45,798 nucleotides of DNA from Chiloscyllium plagiosum (lineage: Eukaryota): assembly GCF_004010195.1 (NCBI RefSeq), contig NC_057750.1, forward strand, positions 12,721,253-12,767,050. Reading direction: 5' to 3'. Below the pieces are notes generated by a model. It made no database searches and had not been told where the DNA came from. It saw only the letters and a list, made by a program, of their open reading frames with translations. Shown here piece after piece: positions 11,966 through 22,852 of the stretch. The translations under genes and the position numbers were made by a program. Within the stretch, counting starts at the first letter, position 1, and every line of letters begins with the position of its first letter.

Positions 11966-12747
11966 CACCAGTAAAAGGTGACATGTTCTCACTCTGAGAA
12001 AGTTAGGACTGACATCAGGAAACTTTTCCCTGCAACTGCGAGGGATGGACACTTGCACCCCCTGGGAGTAATGGGGACGAAAATCCTGGAATCGTTTGAG
12101 AAACAATTAAACGGAGAAAGCTGCAATTTATCTTGAGATCTTGTGAGGCTTCCTTTAGGATTAATTTATTTTTAATCGATGGGCCAAATAGCCTGTCCCT
12201 GGATATTAATCTGCCGATCTTGTGTAAACAATCTGGGGTAGGAAATTAAAATTGAAATGCTTTCAGTGCAGATAAGGGAATTAATGAAAGGAAAGAAAAC
12301 AAAGCAAGTGAACCAGCTACAACATCTGGGCCAGTCTTGACTAACTCAACAAGATCTAATGACAACTGTTCTGAATTATAAAGCCTGCCTGAGGCGGATT
12401 GGCCACATGCTGCTCAGATCTGATGGGGTGGTGAAGGTGTTTAGACTTCACTCACAGGCCAAGTATAACCCCTAATGCAGAAAGACGCATTCCCTTCCTC
12501 CAATTTTATTGTAAACATCCCCGATTTAATCAAAAATCGCACTCCTAACTTTAGCCAGAGAGCTCTAAAAGAAAATCTCTCAGACCAGCCCATCCTGTGT
12601 CTCAGCTGAATGAAAACATAACAATTAGATCTCTCTCCAGCTTGAAACATTTCTGCAGGCAGAGGGGCTTAGTAACCATCAGCCCAGATGATTACCTCTC
12701 GTTGCTATTTCAAGTCAAATTGTAAGCATGCCTTTGCCTTGGTTTGA

Positions 12748-12981
12748 GGAGAAAGTGAGGTCTGCAGATGCTGGAGATCAGAGCTGAAAATGTGTTGCTG
12801 GAAAAGCGCAGCTGGTCAGGCAGCATCCTGGGAACAGGAGAATCGACATTTCGGGCATAAGCCCTTCTTCAGGAATGCCTTCTTCAGGATTCCTGAAGAA
12901 GGGCTTATGCCCGAAACGTCGATTCTCCTGTTCCCTGGATGCTGCCTGACCTGCTGCGCTTTTCCAGCAACACATTTCCAG
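12748..12981. mobile_element. fold-back Penelope-derived element
   Basis: 95-bp inverted arms 12782-12876 and 12889-12983 (4 mismatches); flanks CTTTGCCTTGGTTTGA 12732-12747 and CTTTGTCTTGGTTTGA 12982-12997. Confidence 0.9.
12887..12926 (+). ncRNA. minimal hammerhead ribozyme motif, core intact
   Basis: GGATTC-CTGAAGA-A-GGGC-TTAT-GCCC-GAAA-CGTC-GATTCT. Confidence 0.75.
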
Positions 12982-13539
12982 CTTTGTCTTGGTTTGATTG
13001 TGCATTTTCCTTGTCATTGTCAAAAGAGAGACCTTTGCCCGCAGGATTTCTGAGACCTCCCTTTACCTGTTCAACTCTCTCCTTGAAGCTAATTCTTTCC
13101 CTAGGCCCACCTCTTGGGTCTAACTCTCTAATCCCGACACCTTTGTGACTCTCGGCCAAACTGAACTCCCTGGAATTCTGAATTGAAATCTTTCTCCCGC
13201 AACCGAAACCCCCTTCCCAGAGATACTTGCTAAACCCTACTCCATGTTAAGCGTGGTCACATGGTCATACAGCACGGAAACAGGCCCTTCGGCCCTTCGG
13301 GTCCAGTGACCCTTCTTCAGTAGAGATTACAAGCCAGTTGGTGCAATCTGTCCCCATGAGTTGAGTCTTCCAATTAAATCTCCCCTTTAGCCTTCCCATG
13401 TCTCCATCTGATTGTTTTGGCCAGTATTCCACATGGGGAACTGATCAAGTCAGACCCCTCCCACTGCACTCTGGAATGTCATGGACAGCTTGGCCTCTCC
13501 ACGATGGATTTGCCAGAGAGAGGTATTTCGTGGAATTGT

Positions 13540-14232
13540 GGAATTATCCATGAGGAGAGATTAAGGAAAGTCTGCTAGAATTCCCAAGATTTTAGAATTG
13601 GACGACATTAAACTGAAGTGTATAAAATTCATAGAGGACTTGACAGAATTGTTGGAGGCAGGAGGCTTCCTCTTGGCTGGGGGATCTAGAATAAAGAGAC
13701 CCCACCTCATAATAAGACTGAGATGAGGAGGAATTCACCCCAGAGAACGGAGCAGGTTTAGGCATCAAATATTTTCAAGACAGAACAAAGCACGGTGGCA
13801 CAGTGGTTAGCACTGCTGCCGCCCAACGTTAGAGACCCGGGTTCAATTCCCGCCTCAGGCCACTGTCTGTGTGGAGTTTGCACATTCTCCCCGTGTCTGT
13901 GTGCGTTTCCCCCGAGTGCTCTGGTTTCCTCCCAAAAATGTGCAGGTCAGGTGAATTGGTTGTGCTAAATTGCCCGTAGTGTTAGGTGAAGGGGTAAATG
14001 TAGGGGAATGGGTCTGGGTGGGTTGCGCTTCGGCGGGTCGGTGTGGACTTGTTGGGCTGAAGGGCCTGTTTCCACACTGTAAGTAATCTAATCTAAAGCA
14101 TCTTAAAGAGTTCAGAGGGGATGCTGCAGGAAAATGGTGTTGAGGTGGAAGATCAACCATGCTCTGGCTGAATGACAGAGCAGGCTCGAGGGGCTGAATG
14201 GCCTCTTTCTGCTTATATTTCCTACGTTCCTC
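13540..14232 (+). mobile_element. old CR1 3' fragment interrupted by HE1
   Basis: Decayed CR1 motifs at 13540-13785 resume at 14096-14232 with typical 3'UTR GCTCGAGGGGCTGAATGGCCT. Confidence 0.65.
13789..14094 (+). mobile_element. HE1-type SINE, CpG-rich and likely young
   Basis: A-box, B-box, (ATCTA)n tail; AAAGCA at 13787-13792 and 14095-14100 may be a target-site duplication. Confidence 0.9.
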
Positions 14233-14367
14233 TGCCTTAAGATAAAAGCTAACTTTCCACTCACCTCGTTGATTCCTGAGAGACCTTTGAAACTGCGTCT
14301 GCGCAGACAGAATCCAAATCTATCTCCATCAAGGACCTTTGAATGCTCATGAATCGATCCGAACCAA

Positions 14368-14441
14368 GCTGGAAAAGCGCAGCAGGTCGGGCAGCATCCA
14401 AGGAGCAGGAGAATCGACGTTTTGGGCATAAGCCCTTCTCC
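14368..14441 (-). mobile_element. Penelope-like terminal fragment with partial hammerhead
   Basis: Matches the 12798-12868 arm. Confidence 0.75.
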
Positions 14442-14579
14442 GACCAACCCAATTTCAAACTAAACTCTGGTTCCTTTCATCTGTCTTAGTTTGCATCAGC
14501 TCCTGACTTCTGAACTTGACCTGACCCACCAAAGAGAAAGGGCCGAAGTATTTTTTTCAAAAAAATGTTGCCAGGACCT

Positions 14580-14960
14580 GAACAAACATACGAATTAGGA
14601 ACAGAAGTAGGCCTTTCAGCCCCTCAAGCCTGTTCCAACAAGACCTTGCCTGGCCTGCTTGTGTTTCAAATTCCATATTCCCATCTCTCCCTGATAACCC
14701 TTGACTCCCGGGCTGAACAAGAATCTGTCCACTTCTGCCTTAAAAAATATTCTGTTCCAATGTTGCAAGACGCTCAGAGAGAGAAGAAAAAGCCCTAATC
14801 TCTATCCTAAAAAGTCGGTCTGTAATGTTATAACAACGTTCCCTAGATCTGGACTGACCCACGTGAGGAAATATCCTTTCTACTTCCATCTTCTCAACAA
14901 AATTTAGGATTTCAATGAAATCGCTGTTTATTCTTCTTATCAAGCATAGTCTGTCCAACC
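14580..14960 (-). mobile_element. old CR1 3' fragment
   Basis: Reverse-complement CR1 3'UTR (TAGGCCTTTCAGCCCCTCAAGCCTG) and decayed ORF2 end. Confidence 0.6.
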
Positions 14961-15011
14961 TTTCCTTAGGCTCATTCCAGGCATCAATGTGGTATGCCTT
15001 TTCTGAATCAC

Positions 15012-15410
15012 CGGAGCGTCGGAGGCTGAGGGGTGACCTTATAGAGGTTTACAAAATTATGAGGGGCATGGATAGAGTAAATAGGCAAAGTCTTTTCCCT
15101 GGGGTGGGGGAGTCCAGAACTAGTGGGCAGAGGTTTAGGGTGAGAGGGGAAAGATGTAAAAGAGACCTAAGGGGCAACTTTTTCACGCAGAGGGTGGTAC
15201 ATGTATGGAATGAGCTGCTAGATGAAGTGGGGGAGGCTGGTACAATTGCAACATTTAAGAGGCATTTGGATGGGTACATGAATAGGAAGGGTTTGGAGGG
15301 ATATCGGCTGGGTGCTGGCAGGTGGGACTAGATTGGGTTGGGATATCTTGTCGGCATGGACAGGTTGGACTGAAGGGTCTGTTTCCATGCTGTACATCTC
15401 TATGACTCTA
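15012..15410 (+). mobile_element. CR1/HER1-type LINE 3' fragment
   Basis: ERRRLRGDLIEVYKIMRGMDRVN...FFTQRVVHVWNEL...FKRHLDGYM; tail CTCTATGACTCTA. Confidence 0.9.
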
Positions 15411-15625
15411 AAAGATTGGAGTCTGTCCAGTGGAGGTTCATTGTTGATCCCAGGTACGGAGGGGATGTTTTATGAGGAGAGATTAAATGTGTTGGGCCTG
15501 TACTCATTGGGGGTTAGAAGAATAAGAGGTGACCTTATTGAAACAAAAGATTCTTAGGGGACTTGACAGGGGAGATGTGGGGAGATGGGTTTCCCCTGGT
15601 GGGAGAGTCTAAGACCAGAGGGCAC

Positions 15626-15822
15626 TCTACTGATTGTAATGAATGTGAGTTCCCTGATTGGTGCTGTTAATCTGGTCCAATCAGGGAGTCCTGGCTGACA
15701 GATACAAACAGGTGGATCAGAGGTTTTGTTGTCTCTGAAACTGCCTCAATGTCAAGGACTCTCCACATGTAAATAAAAGGTGACCTGGCCTCTGCATAAC
15801 AACCTCTGTAAAGTTATGCCAA
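15626..15822 (+). mobile_element. LTR-like insert inside CR1
   Basis: Interrupts CR1 between AGAGGGCAC and CACAATCTCAGAATA; has CCCTGATTGG/CCAATCAGGG inverted pair and AATAAA. Confidence 0.35.
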
Positions 15823-16084
15823 ACACAATCTCAGAATAATTGCAATAATTGGTTAACATGTACAAATGAGTTAAATGCTCATATGGTCATGTCACATCCT
15901 TGTCTGTGCTCTACTGCTTGTAGTCGGTTCTTCAAGGAAGTCTAATGGAATACTTATCATTTTTACAAAAGAAACAGAACCCACAAATAACGATGTTCTG
16001 CTTCAGTTGTACAGGGCATTGGAGAGACCATATCTCGAATACTGTGTGTGCAGTTTTGGTCTCCTTATTTAACAAAGATTGTAA

Positions 16085-16225
16085 GAGTCATAGAGTCATA
16101 GAGATGTACAGCACGGAAACAGACCCTTCAGTCCAACCTGTCCACGCCGACCCAATCTAGTCCCACCTGCCAGCACCCAGCCCATATCCCTCCAAACCCT
16201 TTCTATTCATATACCCATCCGAATG
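16085..16225 (-). mobile_element. HER1-type LINE extreme 3' end
   Basis: Reverse complement of about 15265-15410; (AGAGTCAT)x2 tail. Confidence 0.85.
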
Positions 16226-17246
16226 TCGCACATTTAAGACAGAGCATGAGGAAGAACGTTTCCTCTCTGAGCGTACTGAATCTGTGGAGTTCTTTACTGC
16301 AGACGGGCCGTTGAGATTGAGTCATTATGTGTATTCAAAGCTGAGCTAGACAGATTTTTAATCAGTAAGGGAATCGAGGGTTATAAGGGGAAAAAAAACA
16401 GCAAGTGTTTAGGATTGAGCTCAGCCATGATCTCATTGAATGGCAGAGCAGGCTTGATGGGCAAAATAGCCTGCTCCCCAATGTTGTAGTCTCACAGCTA
16501 CATGGTACATTGAATGACACTGTTTACCTCAGCTCATTTGTCTGTGGTGTGCTATCATTCACTGCTATGCAGTAGCTGAGGTGCACCACTAGATGTCAGG
16601 AGAAGCTCATGATAAAAGCCGTCCTTGCTCCCGGGGGCATGGGGATAGACATCTCAGACTTGGGAATGAAGAATCACTTTTGCACCAAATCGAAGATGAC
16701 TCCAGGACTCAGGCAGCAATAGCAGACACACATTACCGAATCAGGCTGCATGAGGTTTCAATGCTCGATTGGCACATTTATAAATATTGCTGTATCAATG
16801 GTCCCAGATCCATGGTCACCCCGGGATTCCAGCTTCCATACTCCTCAATGTCGTATCCTTCACCCAACCAATTGGTCCACAGCATGTTCTGACAAACAGT
16901 AAGGCAGTAATGATCAGATTGTATCGATGGTAAATACACCACTGCTGTCTTCGAAACCCTGGACTACCCTCCCTCACGGCATTGTTGGGGTGTCCTCACA
17001 CCACACGGACTACAACGGTTCCAGAAGGCACCTTTATAGGGACGGACAATAAATGGACGATTGAGTGAATTGCCTTCGATTGTACCCTCAGCACCGAACC
17101 AGAAAACTGTCTGAAACCCTTGAGATGTCAGTATCAAATCAGGAAAAAAAACCCAGAAGTGTTAGAATGGAGAAGAAAATTGTCTGGCCCATGGTGTCTG
17201 CGCTATCTCTCCAAACATGCAATTCAATTAGCAATGATTTTAAAAA

Positions 17247-17409
17247 GACACATTTTGTTGAAGCTTTCCATCTTGTAATGCCTCAACCAATCAGAATCCA
17301 CTTCCCACCCAATCAGCACTCTCTGTTCGTGCAGTATGCATTTTCCCCCCCTGTATTCTTGCGAATGGTCCTGATGAGTGTAAGATGAAAAGCTTTAACG
17401 AAAAGTGTC
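17247..17409. mobile_element. short inverted-repeat element with hammerhead variant
   Basis: 31-bp inverted arms 17247-17277 and 17379-17409 (6 mismatches); GTC-CTGATGA-GTGTAAGAT-GAAA-AGCT-TT-AAC at 17368-17399. Confidence 0.6.
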
Positions 17410-17459
17410 CGATTACATCATTCAGGTTTCATGCTACACAGTTGGCAATTCAGTCAGAG

Positions 17460-18650
17460 CCACCCTCCTGCCTTCTCCCCGTAACCCGCCACATCTCCTC
17501 CTTGTCAGCTAACAGTCTAATTGCCTTTTGAACGTTTCAATTGAACCTGCCTCTGCCACAGTCTCAGACAGTGCATTCCAGACCTTAACTACTCACCACG
17601 TGAAAATCTTTCCCTTCATGTCACTTTATTTTGCTAATTACATGAAAAATGTGACCTCATCTTCCAAACCTTTCACTATTGTAAACAGTTTCACCCGCTC
17701 TGCTCTACCCAGACGCTCACATTTTTGGACATTTCTATCAGAGCTCCTCTTTTCTGTCTTCTCCAATGGAACAAATCTTAATTTCTCAGCATAGAATCCC
17801 TACATCATGAAAGCAGTCCACACCGACCCTCCAAAGAACATCCCGCCCCACTGTCCCTGTCACCCTGGATTTCCCATGGCTAATCCACCTAAACTGCACA
17901 TCCCTGGACATTATGGGCAATTTAGCATGGCCAATCCACCCTAACCTTCCAATGGAACAAATCTTAATTTCTCAGCATAGAATCCCTACATCATGAAAGC
18001 AGTCCACACCGACCCTCCAAAGAACATCCCGCCCCATTGTCCCTGTCAGCCTGGATTTCCCATGGCTAATCCACCTAAACTGCACATCCCTGGACACTAT
18101 GGGGTAATTTAGTATGGTCAATCCACCCTAAACTGCATATCCCTGGACATTATGGGCAATTTAACATGGCCAATCCACCCTAACCTGCACATCCCTGGAC
18201 ATTATGGGGTAATTTAGCATGGCCAATCCACCCTAACCTGCACATCCCTGGACATTATGGGCAATTCAGCATGGTCAATCCACACTAACCTGCACATCCC
18301 TGCACACTATGGGGTAATTTAGCACGGCCAATCCACCCTAACCTGCACATCCCTAGACATTATGGGCAATTTAACATGGCCAATCCACCCTAACCTACAC
18401 AGCTTTGGAATGTGGGAGGAAACCCCACACAGACACGGGGAGATCGTGTAAACCTCACACAGACACAGCAGGAGGCTGGAATCAAACCCGGGTGCCTGGT
18501 GCTATAGGGCAGGCCTAACCACTGAGCTACCGTGCCTTCCACTCCTCCTACCGAGAAGTTCCTTACCCCAGGGCCCATTCTCATGAATCTTTTCCAGACC
18601 ATCTTTCTCCCCTTCATATCCTACGGTAAGTGTGTTGCCTGGAACTGGGT
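17460..18650 (-). mobile_element. old CR1 fragment interrupted by expanded HE1
   Basis: Decayed minus-strand CR1 at 17460-17790 and 18539-18650 (WKRFMRMGPGVRNFS). Confidence 0.6.
17790..18538 (-). mobile_element. HE1-type SINE with internal tandem expansion
   Basis: Head at 18470-18538; six 52/53-bp units at 18080-18394; 186-bp duplication starting 17762 and 17948. Confidence 0.9.
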
Positions 18651-18651
18651 G

Positions 18652-18805
18652 CATCAGAGGGGTACAGTGCCGAGGGAGTGCTGCACTGTCGCCCCGTTTG
18701 GTAGGACGGTTACATCAAAGCCCTGCCCAAATGGAGGCGAGAGCCCATTTTATCGGATGGAGCAGTCCCTGTTCCCAGAACGTAACCCGATCTTATCCCA
18801 CGGGG
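18652..18805 (+). mobile_element. Deu-domain SINE fragment (SacSINE1/AmnSINE1-like)
   Basis: CAGTGCCGAGGGAGTGCTGCACTGTCG motif; related minus copy at 26750-26836. Confidence 0.55.
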
Positions 18806-19701
18806 TTTTAAAGCAAGTGGATAAGGCTGGGAGGGTCACTTTCAGGTTCCATTTCGGACTGTCTAATCACGAGCAAGAGGCGGGAGAGGAGTAGAGACCT
18901 CAGTGAGACCCCAGCTAATCTCTCCCAGAGGTTCTGGCCACTTTGTGAAAGAAACATTCAGAATTGATCTTGGCCGTGCAGCTTTCCCTCAATGCTGAAA
19001 CCCAGTGAGGAAGAATCCTGCGTTTAATTTTTTTAAAAAGCGAGACAAAGGTTCAAGTGTACGACTGGAAACACTGCAAAGGGAGGGCAGCTACAACTAG
19101 GGTAATGTTTTCACATCCCGTGCTGCCTGTCCTTGTGGCCTCTCAGTGAGATTAGCCAATTACTGCCAAATTACAGGCAGTTTCATGGCGTGAGGTGATG
19201 TCCATAGGGATTGAAGCTAAACTCTTCCAAACCCATTTTGCGTTGGATCTCAATTGACCATCAAAGGCATCAGACACATAGCCCATCTGGATGAGACTAT
19301 ACCTCAGGGGCCTGAGATCAACAAACTTATATAATTATGGATAGAAATCTCCGCAAGAACTGCCTCATTCCATTTATGTGTAGCCGGGTCAGACAACAGG
19401 ATTGGGTTCTCTTTGATCCATGAGTCTCTGGAAGACACGCCCTCAAAATAAAGAGCACCTTGCAATGGATCAAAGGGAGATGTTGGATGGTTTTCATTCA
19501 CAAAGAGTGCTATTAGTTCACGGAATGCCCCAAGTGAGCTCGAAGCCAAATCACTTTTCCAGGTGAAAGTGGAAAGTTGTTACGTCAAGAAATGAGGTGA
19601 GGAAAGAGGAGAGAAATCGGAGACAGTGCTGTCAGACAATCGGCGTGAGTTGGATGAGCTGAATGGCCTCCTCTGCAGGAAAGTTCTTCAGAAGACACAG
19701 T

Positions 19702-19989
19702 GGGTGGCACAGTGGCTAGCACTGCTGCCTCACAGCGCCAGGGACCCAGGTTCAATTCCCGCCTCAGGCAACTGTCTGTGTGGAGTTTGCACATTCTCCC
19801 TGTGTCTGTGTGGGTTTCCTCCCACAGTCCAAAGATGTGCAGGTCAGGTGAATTGGCCATGCTACACTGCCCATAGTGTTAGGTGAAGGGGTAAATGTAG
19901 GGGAATGGGTCTGGGTGAGTTGCTCTTCGGAGGGTTGGTGTGGATTGCTGGGCCGAAGGCCCTGTTTCCACACTGTAAGTAATCTAATC
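19702..19989 (+). mobile_element. HE1-type SINE
   Basis: A-box, B-box, AATCT tail. Confidence 0.9.
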
Positions 19990-20089
19990 AATGTTTGACT
20001 GAGACCAAATCTGAACCTCACACAGCCTTTACCTACACAACAATAACCCTGGCTCCTGGCCCCATCCCAAATTAACACTTTGCTGGACT

Positions 20090-20345
20090 TTTTAAAAATG
20101 TATTCACGGTAAGTGGACGTCGCCGGCCAATTATTGCCCATTCCTAATTGTTAAGAATCAGCCACATCGCTGTGGGTCTGGAGTCATGTGTAGGCCAGAC
20201 CAGGTAAGGATGGTATATTTCCCTCCCTTAAAGACATTAGTGAACCAGATGGGGTTTTACTGACAATTGGTGATGCGATTGCTTTTAAATAGCTTTTGAT
20301 TCCAGATTTTTAGTGAATCCAAATTTTCACCCTCTACCAGCGATA
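20090..20345 (-). mobile_element. SINE family B (tRNA head, LINE-B-like tail)
   Basis: Core GGGTCTGGAGTCATGTGTAGGCCAGACCAGGTAAGG...TTAGTGAACCAGATGGG shared with 21190, 32825 and 43520 copies. Confidence 0.7.
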
Positions 20346-20407
20346 TGACTATAATACCTCCAGCCTCCCCACTGACCTATTGGATTAAAGTGGATTAATG
20401 CTTCCAT

Positions 20408-20726
20408 GGGTGGTGTGGTGGCTCAGTGGTTAGCACTACTGCCCTACAGCGCCGTGGGCCCAGGTTCGATTCCAGCCTCGGGGGATTGACTGTGTGGCGT
20501 TTGCACATTCTCCCCGTGTTTGTCTGGGTTCCCTCCCACAGTCCAAAAGATGTGCAGGTTAGGTGAGTTGGTCATGCTAAATTGCCAACGGTGTTGAATG
20601 CATTAGTCAGAGGTGAATATAGGGTAGGGGAATGGGTCTGGGTGGGTTCATCTTCGGGGGGGAGGGGGCGGTTGGTATGGATTTGTTGGGCTGAAGGGCC
20701 TGTTTCCATGCTGCAGGCAATCTAAT
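20408..20726 (+). mobile_element. HE1-type SINE
   Basis: A-box, B-box, body, tail. Confidence 0.9.
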
Positions 20727-21189
20727 AAATACTCTGGATTGGAGCTTCTTCCTTGGACTCTCGTAATAGTAATTTCAGAGCTTCTTAAATCCTCCTGCCA
20801 ATTTAATATTGAAGTCTGTCAGAAAACAGCCTTTGATACTTTGTTTCCTTAAAGAGTTTTATGAATAGAATAAAACTGACCTTCATTTACTTACCTTCCT
20901 GGTGTGTGTGTTTATCTGGGATGTTTTGGTTTGATTTATTATTGTCACATGTACCTAAGTACAGTGAAAGGTTTTGTTTTGTATGCAGCACAGGCAGACC
21001 ATACCATACCAAGACCATTGACCAGCGTGAGGAATACTAAATTACAGCTGCAAAGGAGATACACAAGAAGAAAGATCAACATTAGATTTGAAATTTGAGA
21101 AGGGAGCAGATGAATGTTGAATCACTTGTTACTGCTCTGCCATGATAAGACTTGTCATCTCTCTCTCTCCCTTGTCCTCACCAATTAAC

Positions 21190-21465
21190 ATTTTTTTAAA
21201 AACTTGTTCACAGTCTGAATGTGTCCCCTACCTTATTTTTGCCCATTCCTAATTATGCAGAGGGTAGTTCAGAGACAATTTCATGGCAGTGGGCCTAGAG
21301 GCAAGGGTAGCAGTTTCCTTCTCTAAAGAATATTAGTGAACCAGTTGGGTTTTTTTCCAACAATTGATTAGACTCTTAATTCCAGATTTTTTATTGAATT
21401 CAAGTTGCACCATCTGTCTGAGTCAGATTTGAACCTGGGTCTCTGAATTAACACTCTAGCATTGT
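21190..21465 (-). mobile_element. SINE family B
   Basis: Similar to 20090-20345; reverse B-box GATTTGAACC at about 21426-21435. Confidence 0.65.
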
Positions 21466-21552
21466 CTCCCCCAGTCACATTCTCGCCATTTAATCTAACC
21501 ATCGCAGTCTTGCTAAGAGTGACCATTGCAGAGTTCAATTGAGGATTCCAAA

Positions 21553-22522
21553 GGTGAACTAAGAGTGATTGTGATGGATATCAAGTCAGCATTTGACTAA
21601 GTATGGCATCAATGAGTCCTGGTAAAATTGAGGTCAATTATTGCTTAGTTAGATGGTTATTTTGAGCTGACATGGATGTTTTTTAGGGCCAAGGAGCCTT
21701 TCTTTGTGCTGCAGACTTCAATGGCTCTCGAGTGGTTGGAGTCATAGCCAGCACAAAGCCAACATTGGAAATCAATCCAGGTCATCGTTAAGGAGTAAGT
21801 CTTTACCTGATCAACCTGCTGAAAAATGTTTTGACACACCTCTGGAGCAGGTTGGACTTGAATGTGGGTCTCCTACCTCAGAGGCAGGGATACTACCTTT
21901 GCGCGGCAAATGTGAGGACTGCAGATGCTGGAACTCGGAGTCTAGATCAGAGTGGTGCTGGAAAAGCACAGCAGATCAGGCAAGGGCTTTTGCCCGAAAC
22001 GTCGATTTTCCAGCTCCTCGGGTGTGTTTTTGTAGCACCCCTCTAATCTAGACTACTATCTTTGCACCATAAGCAGCATCGTGGGGGTCAACCATCTGCA
22101 GTTGATAATTTAATTACCTTCTCCCCAGCATAAAATCAAACTGAACGCATTCACTGATTATTGTATCGTGGGGTTCAGAACCATTCACGATAATGATATA
22201 ATTAAATAGTCCACACTGCTAATCTGTAGGAGCATTTAGTTTGGACTAAACACACCATACAAGAAGCAGACCAATCAGCTCCAACCATGGAGAGTTTGCT
22301 ACAATAACTCTCCTTTTACACTGAATATCATTACCAACACTGAGTCCCTCAAACTTAACAACCTCCTGGGGCTGTCATTTTCAAGAACCTGAATTTGTAA
22401 TTGGCTGGGAGTCCTGTGGTGAGTTCTCACCTCCTGTCTACCCAACACCATCCAACCATACACACTGCACAAGTCAGGAGTGTGGTGGAATACTCCGCAT
22501 TTGCCCTGAATGAGGGGCTTCA
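21553..22522 (+). pseudogene. decayed reverse transcriptase of LINE family B (CR1/L2 group) with nested inserts
   Basis: GELRVIVMDIKSAFD*VWHQ*VLVKLRS at 21553-21636 (D..KAFD.V.H motif); remnant of the FADD region near 22150; AQVRSVVEYS near 22466-22497. Confidence 0.7.
21905..22053. mobile_element. miniature fold-back Penelope-derived element
   Basis: Inverted AGTCTAGATCAGAG/CTCTAATCTAGACT; hammerhead 3' half GGGCTTTTGCCCGAAACGTC; flanks TACTACCTTTGCGC 21891-21904 and TACTATCTTTGCAC 22054-22067. Confidence 0.8.
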
Positions 22523-22852
22523 TCTCAGGTTCCTCACCTTCTGAAAGCCAAGATGGGGTTTTATTTTCTCTTTCCAGTAGGATGGGTATATCCCCTGCCT
22601 TTCACGTTCTGAAACGTCAAACATTTTCTTCTATACAAACTTTTTCCACACAGTTACCTGCTTCTAGCCAGAATTGAGGCTTAATTACTGAGTGTCAGCC
22701 CTTTTAAATCTTTATCGCGTGAGATTTCTTTTAAATTTACTTATTTCCAGCTAAAATAAATTCCAAGACCTTCCCAATTAAAATGCACCAGATTAGATTT
22801 TATTTTGTCTGGCCCTTCATTGGTCTTTGTAGCAATGCCTCATGGAGCCAAA

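Larger units (their letters stand above)
15411..16490 (+). mobile_element. cluster of CR1 ORF2 and 3'UTR fragments with nested inserts
   Basis: YEERLNVLGLYSLGVRRIRGDLIET (15411-15625), LLQLYRALERPYLEYCV (15930-16085), 3' end (16226-16490). Confidence 0.75.

Noticed and set aside
11343..12106. Cys/Val- and His/Thr-rich ORFs (also 35845-36139)
   Set aside because: Translations of dinucleotide microsatellites
12782..12983. Fold-back elements as DNA-transposon MITEs or pre-miRNAs
   Set aside because: Arm lengths and centres differ between copies, and the arms are PLE terminal sequence with long, variable flanking duplications
14915..15331. Functional protein-coding gene (also 40690-41115 and 10453-10674)
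   Set aside because: 5'-truncated CR1 ORF2 C-terminal fragments without endonuclease or RT core
19304..19549. 81-aa minus-strand ORF as an exon partnering 16778-16888
   Set aside because: No recognisable homology, and the stop codon precedes the nearest plausible donor site
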